From: Chthonomonadaceae bacterium
GTDB lineage: Bacteria > Armatimonadota > Chthonomonadetes > Chthonomonadales > Chthonomonadaceae
Direction: 5' to 3'
Length of the DNA stretch: 49,892 nt
Assembly: GCA_035650735.1 (NCBI GenBank)
Contig: DASRGZ010000186.1
Location: 1-49,892, forward strand
Below the pieces are notes generated by a model that was not told the DNA's origin, did no database searches, and saw only the letters and a program-made list of their open reading frames with translations. A program made the position numbers and the translations under genes. Shown here piece after piece: positions 18,571 through 28,185 of this stretch (within the stretch, counting starts at the first letter, position 1; the number at the start of each line of letters is the position of its first letter).

Positions 18571-19356
18571 TTACGGGATCGTCACCGTCTCGCCGTCCTG
18601 AGGCCAGAAGGTGTTAGGGAAACTAGCCTGCGCCGCCTCCAGCGCCTCCCTCTGCCTGGCTTCGGGCGCATGCACCAGCGCCAGCCGCCCAACGCCGGCT
18701 TCCACCGCGACGCGCGCCGCGTCCGGTGCGCCGGAGTGGAGGGAGAGATTCTCGGCAGGCGCGGGCGAGGCCCCGAAAGAGGCCTCGTGAATCAGCAGGG
18801 AGACGCCCCGAACGTGCTCGACGATGGCAGGCGCATAGGCCGTATCGCCGGTGAAGGCGAAGGTAGCGCCGGTACGCTTATCGGTGAAACGATAACACAG
18901 GGCCGGCACGGGATGCACCGCCGCGCAGACCGAAAGCTGGAAGGCCGGGTCGTCGAAGGTATCGCCGGGCCGCAGCGGGAACAGCTCGGGAATATAATCC
19001 ACATCGGGGAAGCGATCCGGCTGCAACAATTGCCGGGCCAGCGTGACCACGCGCTCCAGGTCTTCGGCGGGGCCGAGAATCTTAAGCGGCGGGCAGTCGG
19101 GGCGCTCATAGCGGCGCATGCGCCGATAGAACAGCATATGGGGCAGGCCAATATAATGATCATGATGGCAGTGGGTCAGGAACAGGTACTCCAGCTGCAT
19201 AGGGTCAAACCCGTAACACTGCATTTTGATGGCCGCGTACCAGCCCGTATCCACCAGGTACCTGCCGTTGATGAGAAAGCTGGCAGTGTCGTGCCCACCG
19301 CCCGGCACCACCGCCGCCGTGCCCAGAAACGTAACGGTTGTTGGCTCGTCAGGCAT
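18571..19356 (-). CDS. MBL-fold metallo-hydrolase, RNase Z-like
   Basis: FLGT, THCHHDH, AVHPVP, FTGDT, LIHEA, HS, LVH motifs. Confidence 0.85.
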   Translation of the reverse strand: MPDEPTTVTFLGTAAVVPGGGHDTASFLINGRYLVDTGWYAAIKMQCYGFDPMQLEYLFLTHCHHDHYIGLPHMLFYRRMRRYERPDCPPLKILGPAEDLERVVTLARQLLQPDRFPDVDYIPELFPLRPGDTFDDPAFQLSVCAAVHPVPALCYRFTDKRTGATFAFTGDTAYAPAIVEHVRGVSLLIHEASFGASPAPAENLSLHSGAPDAARVAVEAGVGRLALVHAPEARQREALEAAQASFPNTFWPQDGETVTIP

Positions 19357-19527
19357 TGTGCTTATCCCTGTGTCGTGTCTGCCGCGCGAGTCCCAATGGA
19401 CGCAGGCGCGTCAGGAGGCAAATTAGCCGGGCAGTCCCGTCTTTCCTTCCCGCCAGCGGGTTTCTGAGGGTTATCCGGCTAGGGCGCAAAATCTATCCGT
19501 AATGGAAAATAAAGCAAAGGAGCAAAC

Positions 19528-21636
19528 ATGGCAATCCCTTCTGACTACGCCGAACGGGTGTACGCGGGGGTTTTGGGCAAGATCATCGGCGTCTACCTGG
19601 GCCGTCCCTTCGAGGGCTGGAACTTCGACCGGATTATGAGCGAGCTGGGCGAGGTCTGGTACTACGTCCACGAGAGGCGCGGCACTCCGCTCGTCGTCAC
19701 CGATGATGATATTTCCGGCACGTTCACCTTCCTGCGCGCCCTGCCCGACTACGACAACCGCCGTGACCTCACGCCCGCGCAGATCGGCCAGACCTGGCTC
19801 AACTACCTCATTGAGAAGAAGACCGTCCTCTGGTGGGGGGGCATGGGCAACTCCACCGAGCACACGGCCTACCTGCGCCTCAAGCACGGTATTCCCGCGC
19901 CGCAGAGCGGATCCATCGCCACCAACGGCAAGGTCGTCGCTGAGCAGATCGGGGCGCAGATCTTCATTGACGGCTGGGGCATGGTCTGTCCCGGCGACCC
20001 GGAAATGGCGGCGGACTTCGCGCGGAGGGCGGCCAGCGTCAGCCATGACGGAGAGGCCATCTACGGCACGCAGGTGGTGGCGGCGATGGAGGCGCAGGCA
20101 TTCGTCGAGCCGGACATCCCGAAGCTGCTGGATACCGCCGTCAGCCTCATTCCCAGGGGCTCGGTCCTCTACCGCATGATCGGCGACATTCGGGAGTGGC
20201 ACGCCGGAGAGAAGGACTGGCGCAAGACCCGCGAGAAGATCGCCGCAAACTACGGCTACGACAGGTATGGCGGCAACTGCCACATGGTCCCTAATCACGG
20301 CCTGATCATCCACGCGCTGCTGCACGGAGAGGGCGACTTCCAGAAGTCGCTGATGATCGTCAACACCTGCGGCTGGGACACCGACTGCAACTCCGGGAAT
20401 GTGGGCTGTCTGCTGGGCATCAGGAACGGGCTGTCGGGAATCGAGAATGGCCCGGACTGGCGCGGCCCCGTCTCCGACCGGATGTATCTGCCGACCGCCG
20501 ACGGGGGACGGGCCGTGACGGATGCGGGTACGGAGGCCCTTCGGATTGTCAACATCGGGCGAGCGCTGGCGGGAGAAGGGCCAGTCGCGCCGAAGGAGGG
20601 AGCACGCTTCCACTTCAGCTTGCCGGGCAGCGTGCAGGGCTTCCGGACGGAGGACAGCCCCGAGGTGCGGGGCACGGCGACCCTGGAGAATGGTGAGCTG
20701 CCGGGCGGCAACGGCCAGCGCGGCCTTGCCCTCCGATATCGGCATCTGGCACGGGGACGGGCCGCGCGGGCAGCGACCCCGACCTTCCTGCTGCCAGAGG
20801 AGATGCGGATGTCGGGCTACGGGCTGGTGGCCTCGCCGACGCTGTACCCCGGTCAGACGGTGCGCGCCGCCGTCCTGGCCGACCCCGCCAACCCGCAGCC
20901 CGTGACATGCCGCCTCTACGCCCGCGTCTACGACCAGGACGATGTGCTCGCTCGGCTCTATGGCCCGGAGGCGGCCCTGTCTGCCGGCAGCGCGCACGAA
21001 TTCACCTGGCGCCTTCCCGATACCAGCGGCTACCCCATCGCCGAGGTTGGCATGGAGCTGACCTCCGCCGAGCGCGCCGACGGCACGGTCTATTTGGACT
21101 ACCTGACCTGGGACGGCGCTCCCGACGTGAGTCTGCGCAAGACGGAGGGCGGCACGGCCTGGCGGCGGGCGTGGGTGGAGGGCATGGACCAGTTTGCCGG
21201 GTGGCAGGAGCCGTACCGGCTGATCCAGGACGAGGGCACGGGGCTGCTCATCCAGGGCTGCCGCGAGTGGATTGACTACCGGGTGAGCGCGCAGGTCACG
21301 CCGCACCTGGTTCGGTCGTGTGGGATCGCGGCCCGCGTCCAGGGGATGAAGCGCTACTACGCCCTGCTGCTGTGCGCGGACGGCAAGGCGCGGCTCGTCA
21401 AAGCGCTGGATGGCAATACCACACTGGCCGAAGCGGATCTCGGCTGGCAGTTGGGCGGCACGTACGTGCTGAGCCTGCAAGTGACCGGCGACCGTATCCA
21501 GGCCGCCATCGGCGGCAAGCCGCTCTTCGACTTCCGGGACCAGGAGCGCCCGCTGGAGGGTGGGGCCGTCGCCCTGATCTGCGAGGAGGGGCGCATGGCG
21601 GCTGAGGACGTCCGCGTAGGCCCGGCGGTGCAGTGA
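19528..21636 (+). CDS. ADP-ribosylglycohydrolase family protein with long C-terminal beta-rich domains
   Basis: GVLGKIIGVYLGRPFEGW, TDDD, GWDTDCNSGNVG. Confidence 0.85.
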   Translation: MAIPSDYAERVYAGVLGKIIGVYLGRPFEGWNFDRIMSELGEVWYYVHERRGTPLVVTDDDISGTFTFLRALPDYDNRRDLTPAQIGQTWLNYLIEKKTVLWWGGMGNSTEHTAYLRLKHGIPAPQSGSIATNGKVVAEQIGAQIFIDGWGMVCPGDPEMAADFARRAASVSHDGEAIYGTQVVAAMEAQAFVEPDIPKLLDTAVSLIPRGSVLYRMIGDIREWHAGEKDWRKTREKIAANYGYDRYGGNCHMVPNHGLIIHALLHGEGDFQKSLMIVNTCGWDTDCNSGNVGCLLGIRNGLSGIENGPDWRGPVSDRMYLPTADGGRAVTDAGTEALRIVNIGRALAGEGPVAPKEGARFHFSLPGSVQGFRTEDSPEVRGTATLENGELPGGNGQRGLALRYRHLARGRAARAATPTFLLPEEMRMSGYGLVASPTLYPGQTVRAAVLADPANPQPVTCRLYARVYDQDDVLARLYGPEAALSAGSAHEFTWRLPDTSGYPIAEVGMELTSAERADGTVYLDYLTWDGAPDVSLRKTEGGTAWRRAWVEGMDQFAGWQEPYRLIQDEGTGLLIQGCREWIDYRVSAQVTPHLVRSCGIAARVQGMKRYYALLLCADGKARLVKALDGNTTLAEADLGWQLGGTYVLSLQVTGDRIQAAIGGKPLFDFRDQERPLEGGAVALICEEGRMAAEDVRVGPAVQ

Positions 21637-21881
21637 AACATACTCGCCGCTCACACGTCGGTACTCTGTCCCCATGGTGTTAATGCCTCTCATCAGCGGT
21701 AGCCGCTTGAGAAGCATCCACACGATTAGGGACGTCTACTCGCGCATCCGAAGTCGCAAATTTCGGCAGGGTTTTCACATGCCCCGTCGAATGTTGAGGC
21801 CAACGCAGGCACTATTCGCCCGTCACGTCCGCCCTTCCTGTAGCCAAACCCAACGCATCGTTGAGAGGATAATCGCAACCC

Positions 21882-22910
21882 ATGAACACCCAGTTTGAAT
21901 TCTCCGCTGGCGTCTGGAACCTCCACACCGGAGCCGACCCCTTCGGCCCGCCCGTTCGCCCGGAACGCGACTTCGCCGAGAAGTGCCAGATTCTCCAGCG
22001 GCTCGGCTTCCGCTACGTCCAGCTTCACGACGACGACGCCGTGCCGATGGAGGTTCCCGCCTCACAACTCAGCGCCTCCTGCCAGGCCCTCAAGCGCATC
22101 TGCGACGACAACGGCCTCGGCGTCGAATTCATCGCGCCCCGTATCTGGGAAGACCCGCGCTTCGCCGACGGCGGCCCGACCTCCAACAACCCGGAAGCCC
22201 GCCGCCTCGCCCTCGACCGCGCCAAGCGCTCCATTGACATCGCCAATGCGCTCGGTACGGATCGCCTCGTCCTCTGGCCCGCCCGCGAAGGAACCTATAT
22301 CCGCGAGGCCAAAGATGCCCGCGCCTCTTTCGACCGCCTGCTGGAGTACTGCAACGCCATTCTCGATTACGACCCTAAGATCCGCATCCTGGCCGAGATG
22401 AAGCCCAATGAGCCGATGGACCTGATGTATCTGCCCAGCACCGGCCACTTCCTGGCGATGGCCTACAAGACCAAAGATCCCTCCCGGACCGGCGTTCTTA
22501 TCGAGGCGGCGCACTGCATCCTGCTTGGCCTCGATCCCGCCGACGAGATGGCCTATGCGCTCTGGCACGGCAAGCTTTGGGGCGTCCACCTGAACGACCA
22601 GAACGGCTTGAAGTACGATCAGGATAAGTCTTTCGGCAGCGTGGACCTCCGCCGCGCCTTCAACGTGGTGGATGTGCTGGTGCGCGGCGATTACGGCAAG
22701 AATGGCGAAGTCGTCGGTCTGGATGTGAAGGCGATGCGCACCCAACCCCACGGGATCGCCTGGAAGCACCTGGCCAACAGCAAGGAGATTTTTGAGCGAT
22801 TGGTGGCCGTCTCCGCGCAAATTGATCGGCAGGAGTGGGCCTCTTACGTCGCCGCGCAGGACTACGAAGGTCTGGAGATGTTTATTCTCCGTAATCTCCT
22901 CCGCGCGTGA
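21882..22910 (+). CDS. xylA: Xylose isomerase (class I-like)
   Basis: GADPFG, HDDD, W..REG, EMKPNEP, E..H, HLNDQNGLKYDQD, LDVK. Confidence 0.8.
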   Translation: MNTQFEFSAGVWNLHTGADPFGPPVRPERDFAEKCQILQRLGFRYVQLHDDDAVPMEVPASQLSASCQALKRICDDNGLGVEFIAPRIWEDPRFADGGPTSNNPEARRLALDRAKRSIDIANALGTDRLVLWPAREGTYIREAKDARASFDRLLEYCNAILDYDPKIRILAEMKPNEPMDLMYLPSTGHFLAMAYKTKDPSRTGVLIEAAHCILLGLDPADEMAYALWHGKLWGVHLNDQNGLKYDQDKSFGSVDLRRAFNVVDVLVRGDYGKNGEVVGLDVKAMRTQPHGIAWKHLANSKEIFERLVAVSAQIDRQEWASYVAAQDYEGLEMFILRNLLRA

Positions 22911-22917
22911 TTGCAGA

Positions 22918-23087
22918 ATCCACCGATTACACAGATTAACACCGATTAAGGAAAAACCTAAACACGGATTAAACGGATGACACGGATGCAACGGATAAGG
23001 GTCTGGAATCCGTGGTATCCGTTTAATCCGTCCCATCCGTGTTTCTCTTTGTTTTTTAATCGGTGCTAATCTGTGTAATCGGTGGAT
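22918..23087. repeat. Nested hairpin of 9-nt periodic units
   Basis: Outer 32-bp arms ATCCACCGATTACACAGATTAACACCGATTAA / TTAATCGGTGCTAATCTGTGTAATCGGTGGAT (1 mismatch); inner arms of ACGGAT units (22960-22997 / 23008-23044). Confidence 0.9.
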
Positions 23088-23103
23088 CTGGGAGGGCGCT
23101 CTT

Positions 23104-24702
23104 ATGGCAGGCGAACCGACCCGACGTTCAGGGCGAGGCAGGCTCATTATCTTGCTTAGCATTCTGGCGCTCCTCCTCGCTATCTACCTGCCAATCCGGC
23201 GGCATCGGCTGGATACCGGGCTTGTCGCCGCGGTCATAGATGGCGATGCGGAAGCCGTCCATAGCCTGCTCAATAGCGGCGCTGACCCGAACGCGCGCTT
23301 TGTCAGCGCCGCCTCCTCCCCCACGCCCACCCGCTCTCTCTGGGAATGGCTGCGCAGCCTGTTTGAGCGCAGCAAACCGCCGTGGCCCAATAACGATAAG
23401 ACGATGTTGATGCTGGCTGCCAGCAAGGACGATGCCGCCATTGTCAAGGATCTGCTGGCGCACGGGGCCGATGTCAATATTAAGCTCAGCAACGGCAATA
23501 CCGTGCTGCTGCTGGCCGCGCCCCGCGCAGATGCCGACATCATAAACGCTCTGCTGGACCACGGCGCAGACCTGCGTGTCCGCAATCGGGACGGCCTGAC
23601 TCCCCTGCTGCTGGCCGCAGAGCAGGGCAACACAGGGGCCGTTCGTGCCCTCCTGGATCATGGGGCCAACATCAACGAGACGGGCAAAAATAACGAGACG
23701 CCTCTGCTGCTGGCCGCGCGGGGCAAGCGCGCGGAACCGCCCCGGCCCAAAGGCGCCGCACAGCCCATCATCCTAAGCGGATCGAATATGGTGCGGGAGA
23801 ATAATCCATCTACCCATGACGCCACCGTGCGCCTGCTATTGCAGCGCGGGGCCGATATTCGCGATCTGGAACGCACCGGAGTCTCGCCGCTGATATGGGC
23901 GGCACAGTGCGGCTCCGCCGTGCTCATCCAGGCCCTCTGGCAGCAGCACATAGACCGGCATACCGGCGATTATGTCGGGATGCAGGCGCTCGATGCGGCG
24001 ATCCGCTCCCAGCGCGCCCAGGCTGTTAAGGCGCTATTGGATCACGGCGTCCCGGTCAACAGGGTTCAGCCCTGGACTCCGCCGCCGCTGATCACCGCTG
24101 CCGAGGGGGGCAGGCCGGAGATCGTTCAGCTTCTTCTGGAGCGAGGCGCCGACGTGAACTGCCATGACCGGCAGGGCAACACGCCGCTGCTGGCAGCCGC
24201 CATGTCGTACCATCAGGAGATTATCCGGCTTCTCATCCGCAAAGGCGCCGATGTCAATGCCAGAGATATCCGGGGCATGACGCCTCTGATGTACGCAGTG
24301 AACGCTTCTCCCCGCACGGTCGCGCTGCTGCTGGAAGCGGGCGCGGACGTGAACGCCCAGGATGCCTCCGGCCAAACCGCCTTGATGAAGGCCTACCAGC
24401 CGGAGACCGCGCGCCTGCTGCTGGATCACGGCGCGAATGTCAATGCCAGAGACAAGCAGGGCCAAACCCCTCTGATAAATGCCGCTCGCATGGCGAGTCA
24501 GAATTTAGTCCAACTGCTGATACATCGGGGCGCCGATGTGAATGCCGTAGACAACACCGGCTTGACGCCGTTGGTTGCGGCGATGACGACGCGCTACAAG
24601 CCCCTCATTGCGCTTCTCAAGAAGGCGGGCGCGAAGCTTTCGCCCACAAACTCGCACGGCACCAAGCCCATGCCCGTCCTGTCCTCTATGGGAAGCCGCT
24701 AA
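23104..24702 (+). CDS. Membrane-anchored ankyrin repeat protein
   Basis: N-terminal transmembrane helix; many G.TPL..AA...G....V..LL..GADVN repeats. Confidence 0.93.
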   Translation: MAGEPTRRSGRGRLIILLSILALLLAIYLPIRRHRLDTGLVAAVIDGDAEAVHSLLNSGADPNARFVSAASSPTPTRSLWEWLRSLFERSKPPWPNNDKTMLMLAASKDDAAIVKDLLAHGADVNIKLSNGNTVLLLAAPRADADIINALLDHGADLRVRNRDGLTPLLLAAEQGNTGAVRALLDHGANINETGKNNETPLLLAARGKRAEPPRPKGAAQPIILSGSNMVRENNPSTHDATVRLLLQRGADIRDLERTGVSPLIWAAQCGSAVLIQALWQQHIDRHTGDYVGMQALDAAIRSQRAQAVKALLDHGVPVNRVQPWTPPPLITAAEGGRPEIVQLLLERGADVNCHDRQGNTPLLAAAMSYHQEIIRLLIRKGADVNARDIRGMTPLMYAVNASPRTVALLLEAGADVNAQDASGQTALMKAYQPETARLLLDHGANVNARDKQGQTPLINAARMASQNLVQLLIHRGADVNAVDNTGLTPLVAAMTTRYKPLIALLKKAGAKLSPTNSHGTKPMPVLSSMGSR

Positions 24703-24733
24703 CCATCCTCCTGACCTCGAGTGGCCCTCAATT

Positions 24734-25024
24734 CCAGAAGACCTCACCCCGGCCCCTCTCCTTCGACCCTGAAGCGGCAGGCTAAACCCTGCCGCTCGGG
24801 GGCGCAAAGCGCCCGTCGCCCACCTACGTGGGCGAAAAACTTTCTGCCTGCACAGGCATCGCAAGGCGGAGGGGTGTCGCCAGGCAGAGCCGTGTCGCAA
24901 GGCGGAGGGCTGTGGCAAGGCGGAGGCAGGGGCCCTAACCCTGCCGACCCGTGCAGTCCATTGCAGGCCCGACCCTGGCAGTCAGCAGGCCGTAGACTCC
25001 ACAGCGGCAGGGTTTAGCCTGCCG
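24734..25024. repeat. Composite repeat tract: two empty GCGGCAGG-N6-CCTGCCG palindromes, 4 x 18-nt tandem repeat, shared module
   Basis: Palindromes at 24774-24795 and 25004-25024; GC(A/C)AGG units at 24861, 24879, 24897, 24915; CCAGAAGACCTCACCC is also present at about 49708. Confidence 0.85.
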
Positions 25025-25605
25025 GGAAGAAGGGGGACTAGACCACGCCGTTGTTGCGCTGGGGACGCCAGCCGGGCACGCGATACAGAGAAGGCGTGTT
25101 CGACTCTTCGGGAATGGAGCAGATAAGGCAGTGGGGAAAGCGCGCCGCCAGCCAGCGCGCAGAGCGCCAGTTCGGCTCAAACCAGACGCGCAGCTCATGC
25201 TTGGCGATCAGACGCGCCGCCTGCTGGAGGGGATCCTGCCGAATAATCAGGGCAGCGTGAGCGGAGACAGGGCCGCGCCGTCCGGGCTGATACGGCCAGT
25301 CGGAGAGAAAACGGATCGGGTCAGCCACGGCAGGGCGCCTCCCGGAGCGAGATAGACGCCAGGCTGTCCTCGCGAACGGTATAACTGCGTCCCAGCGTTC
25401 CCTGCCGACTGTGATGGAAATGCAGCAGGCCCGGATCGCGGGCAGGGTAGATAGGTCCCGACCCACTACCGGTAGGGCCGGCGCAGAGGCAATTGCATAG
25501 CGGCAGAGGTAGACAGGTGTTGGATAGATTCTTCATAAGCGATTAGAGGCGCAAAATTGGGCTAAAAAAACGCGAAAAAATCCCTTCCCGCATGCCTTTT
25601 AGTAC

Positions 25606-25634
25606 TTGACACGAGCCGTGCCAGCCAGTACAAT
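25606..25634 (+). promoter_or_regulatory. Sigma70-type promoter of the dcw operon
   Basis: TTGACA-17 nt-TACAAT upstream of mraZ. Confidence 0.85.
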
Positions 25635-25682
25635 GGGGCATCTGGGGTAACTCAGGGGTAACTTAGGGGAGACTGATGGGGA
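25633..25682 (+). promoter_or_regulatory. Probable MraZ operator (five GGGG boxes)
   Basis: (T/A)GGGG boxes with GGGG at 25635, 25644, 25655, 25666 and 25678, about one helical turn apart, like the TGGGN repeats MraZ binds. Confidence 0.65.
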
Positions 25683-25774
25683 ACAGAGCGGCGTTCCCTT
25701 CCCAAAAGTCTCCAAAATTCACCCAACCAAGCTCAATTTTGCATCTAATGGCGATTGCTTCCCCATCCCTGCGC

Positions 25775-26275
25775 ATGTGGGGGCGCTTTGAACATAGCCT
25801 CGACGACAAGGGCCGTGTCATTGTTCCCCAGAAGTTCCGCGACAAGCTCGGCGAGGAGTTCGTCCTCACCATCGGGCCGGGCCACCATATTCGCGCCTAC
25901 CCCATGCCCATCTGGGAGGCGATGGAGGAGCAGCTGGTCAGCGCCGACCTGCTCGACGAAACCAACGAAGACGCCGTCTTCTTGCAGCGTATGTTCGGCA
26001 GCTGTGAATTCGCTAACCCCGATCAGCAGAACCGGCTCTCGATCCCGCGCCACCTGCGCGACTGGGCCAACCTGCGCGAGGGCGAAACCGCCATCATCCT
26101 GGGCAGCGGCACGCGCCTGGAGCTCTGGAGCCGGGCCAACTGGGAAGAGTACAGCAAGCTGTTTACCGAAAAGAACGCGGCGGACGCCGCCGCGCGCCGC
26201 AAGCTGGGCACCAGCGCGGTCGTCCGTACCGGCGCCATTGCCGCTTCCGTAGAAAACGACGACGAGAGCGCCTGA
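25775..26275 (+). CDS. mraZ: Transcriptional regulator MraZ
   Basis: HSLDDKGRVIVPQKFR and DQQNRLSIP SpoVT-AbrB repeats; first gene of the cluster. Alternative ATG at 25748. Confidence 0.92.
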   Translation: MWGRFEHSLDDKGRVIVPQKFRDKLGEEFVLTIGPGHHIRAYPMPIWEAMEEQLVSADLLDETNEDAVFLQRMFGSCEFANPDQQNRLSIPRHLRDWANLREGETAIILGSGTRLELWSRANWEEYSKLFTEKNAADAAARRKLGTSAVVRTGAIAASVENDDESA

Positions 26276-26305
26276 CCTGGAGCCGGACAGTATCCGGCGG
26301 GCACG

Positions 26306-27283
26306 ATGCAGTCCAACGCAAGCGCCTACCACGAACCGGTCCTTCTGGCCGAAACGCTGCGCTACCTGGCCCCGCAGCCGGGAGAGACCATGCTCGATGC
26401 AACGCTTGGCGGCGGCGGCCACAGCGCCGCCATCGCCCCGGCCCTGATGCCGGGCGGCACGCTCATCGGATTGGATCGCGACCGGGAAGCGCTGGAAGCC
26501 GCCGAAGCGCGGCTGGCGCCATTGCGCGCTCGTCTTACCATTATACTGCTTCATGGCGCATTTGGCAACTTAAATTCGGCGCTGGCTTCGCGGCCGGATA
26601 CGGCAGAAATTCAATTGGACGGCGCCCTGTTCGATCTAGGCGTTTCGTCCCATCAGCTCGATACGGCACGCGGCTTCAGTTTTCGCCGGGAAGAGCCGCT
26701 GGATATGCGCATGGACGCCTCTAGCGGCCCTACCGCCGCCGACCTGCTGGCGACGGCCTCTGAGGCGGAGATCGCCCGCATTCTGTTCGAATATGGCGAG
26801 GAGCGCTGGGCCAGGCGCATCGCCCACAACCTGGTGGAGCGGCGCAGGCATGGAGAGCGCATCGCCACGACCGGCCAGCTGGCCGCCCTGGTAGAGAGCA
26901 GCATCCCGCGCGCCGCCTGGCCGCGCGATATCCACGCCGCCACGCGCACGTTCCAGGCGCTCCGCATCGCGGTCAACAACGAGCTCGGCCAGTTGGAGGC
27001 GGGCCTGGCGGCGGCGGTGGAGCGGCTCAAGCCCGGCGGGCGCATCGTGGTCATCAGCTATCACTCTTTGGAAGATCGTATCATCAAACGGGCCTTTGCG
27101 GCGTGGGCCGGACGCGGCCCGTCCGTCCCTGGCTCCTCGCCCGCCGCATGGCTGCCGCTGGAGAGCGAGCGGAAACTAACTCTGCTAACCAAAAAGCCTG
27201 TTGTCCCGACTGCCGAGGAGATCGCGCGCAATCCCCGCGCCCGCAGCGCCAAACTGCGCACCGCAGAACGCATTCGTACGTGA
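26306..27283 (+). CDS. rsmH: 16S rRNA (cytosine1402-N4)-methyltransferase
   Basis: HEPVLL, DATLGGGGHS, DLGVSSHQLD, PLDMRM, ISYHSLEDR, NPRARSAKLR. Confidence 0.97.
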   Translation: MQSNASAYHEPVLLAETLRYLAPQPGETMLDATLGGGGHSAAIAPALMPGGTLIGLDRDREALEAAEARLAPLRARLTIILLHGAFGNLNSALASRPDTAEIQLDGALFDLGVSSHQLDTARGFSFRREEPLDMRMDASSGPTAADLLATASEAEIARILFEYGEERWARRIAHNLVERRRHGERIATTGQLAALVESSIPRAAWPRDIHAATRTFQALRIAVNNELGQLEAGLAAAVERLKPGGRIVVISYHSLEDRIIKRAFAAWAGRGPSVPGSSPAAWLPLESERKLTLLTKKPVVPTAEEIARNPRARSAKLRTAERIRT

Positions 27284-27295
27284 CGAGGCTGCCAG

Positions 27296-27775
27296 ATGCC
27301 CACCGCACAGCAACACACCAGACCGAACGCCTTTGCCCCCTCCGGCGCGAATACGCGGTCCATAACGACCGGCTATTCCGCCTATACGGGCCATACCGGA
27401 CGCAGGCAGGCTCCCGCTACCGCTCCAGCTCGTCCGGCGCCCCGTACGGGCGTGAGCGTCCGCCCGCGCATGCAGACGACCTGGCTGATCTTGATGGTGC
27501 TCACGGCATTCGCCTTCGTGGTTGTGGGGCTGGCTTATCTCTATGGTTACGCGCTGGTCACCAAGGAAGGCTATCGCCGCGCCCAGCTCAAGAGCATGCT
27601 GCGCAGAGAGCGGGAGCTGGCGCAGCAGTGGAAGCAGCAGCTCGCCCTGACCCATACTCCCATGCAGATCGAGCAACGGGCGCGCGCCCTCGGCATGGTG
27701 CACGCCAACGATCAGGAGGCGATCACGGTGGGCGCAATCCCCTCGGAGGAACCCTGGGGCCATGTGGGGCCTTGA
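27296..27775 (+). CDS. ftsL: FtsL-like cell division protein
   Basis: Single transmembrane helix, coiled coil and IEQRARALGM; lies between rsmH and ftsI. Confidence 0.7.
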   Translation: MPTAQQHTRPNAFAPSGANTRSITTGYSAYTGHTGRRQAPATAPARPAPRTGVSVRPRMQTTWLILMVLTAFAFVVVGLAYLYGYALVTKEGYRRAQLKSMLRRERELAQQWKQQLALTHTPMQIEQRARALGMVHANDQEAITVGAIPSEEPWGHVGP

Positions 27776-27939
27776 AACCCTTTCGTAGCAGGGCGGACAG
27801 TGAAACTACAAGGGCAGGAGAACTCCTGTTTTCCCATTTCCTTCTGAGGAGGGCTATTCCGTTCTCGGTGCTTTTGCGTATTTGGCGTCCGCAGTCGCAA
27901 GGCCGAGCCGCGAACCGTTGAGCGGCGTCCCTTGCAGTC

Positions 27940-28122
27940 GCTTGGCCGTTAGGCCCTGGAGCCGGGGGTTGAAAACCTCTGATCCGTGCCGGGCATGGAA
28001 AATACCCGGCTAGAGGGCGGCTGCGCCGCCAACCGTCCTTCGGACGGAACACCTGGCTTGGCTGTGCGTCCGCCAGGACGCTTGGCCGTAGGCCCTAGAG
28101 CCGGGTACTTTCAGTGCCCGGC
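27940..28122. repeat. REP-like palindromic tract between ftsL and ftsI
   Basis: Direct repeat CGCTTGGCCGT(T)AGGCCCT(G/A)GAGCCGGG at 27940 and 28079; inverted pair TACCCGGCTAGAGGGC / GCCCTAGAGCCGGGTA. Confidence 0.65.
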
Positions 28123-28185
28123 GGCGAGGGCGGGAAACTGAATGGCCCTGTCTTCTGAGAAAGTGGGAAGGAAGAGAGCAAGTCC

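Noticed and set aside
24861..24932. 18-nt and 9-nt periodic repeats considered as a CRISPR array
   Set aside because: The units are adjacent without unique spacers, too short, and no cas genes are present.
25038..25466. 142-aa minus-strand ORF upstream of the dcw promoter
   Set aside because: No recognisable family and no convincing start; it may be a small real gene but cannot be supported.
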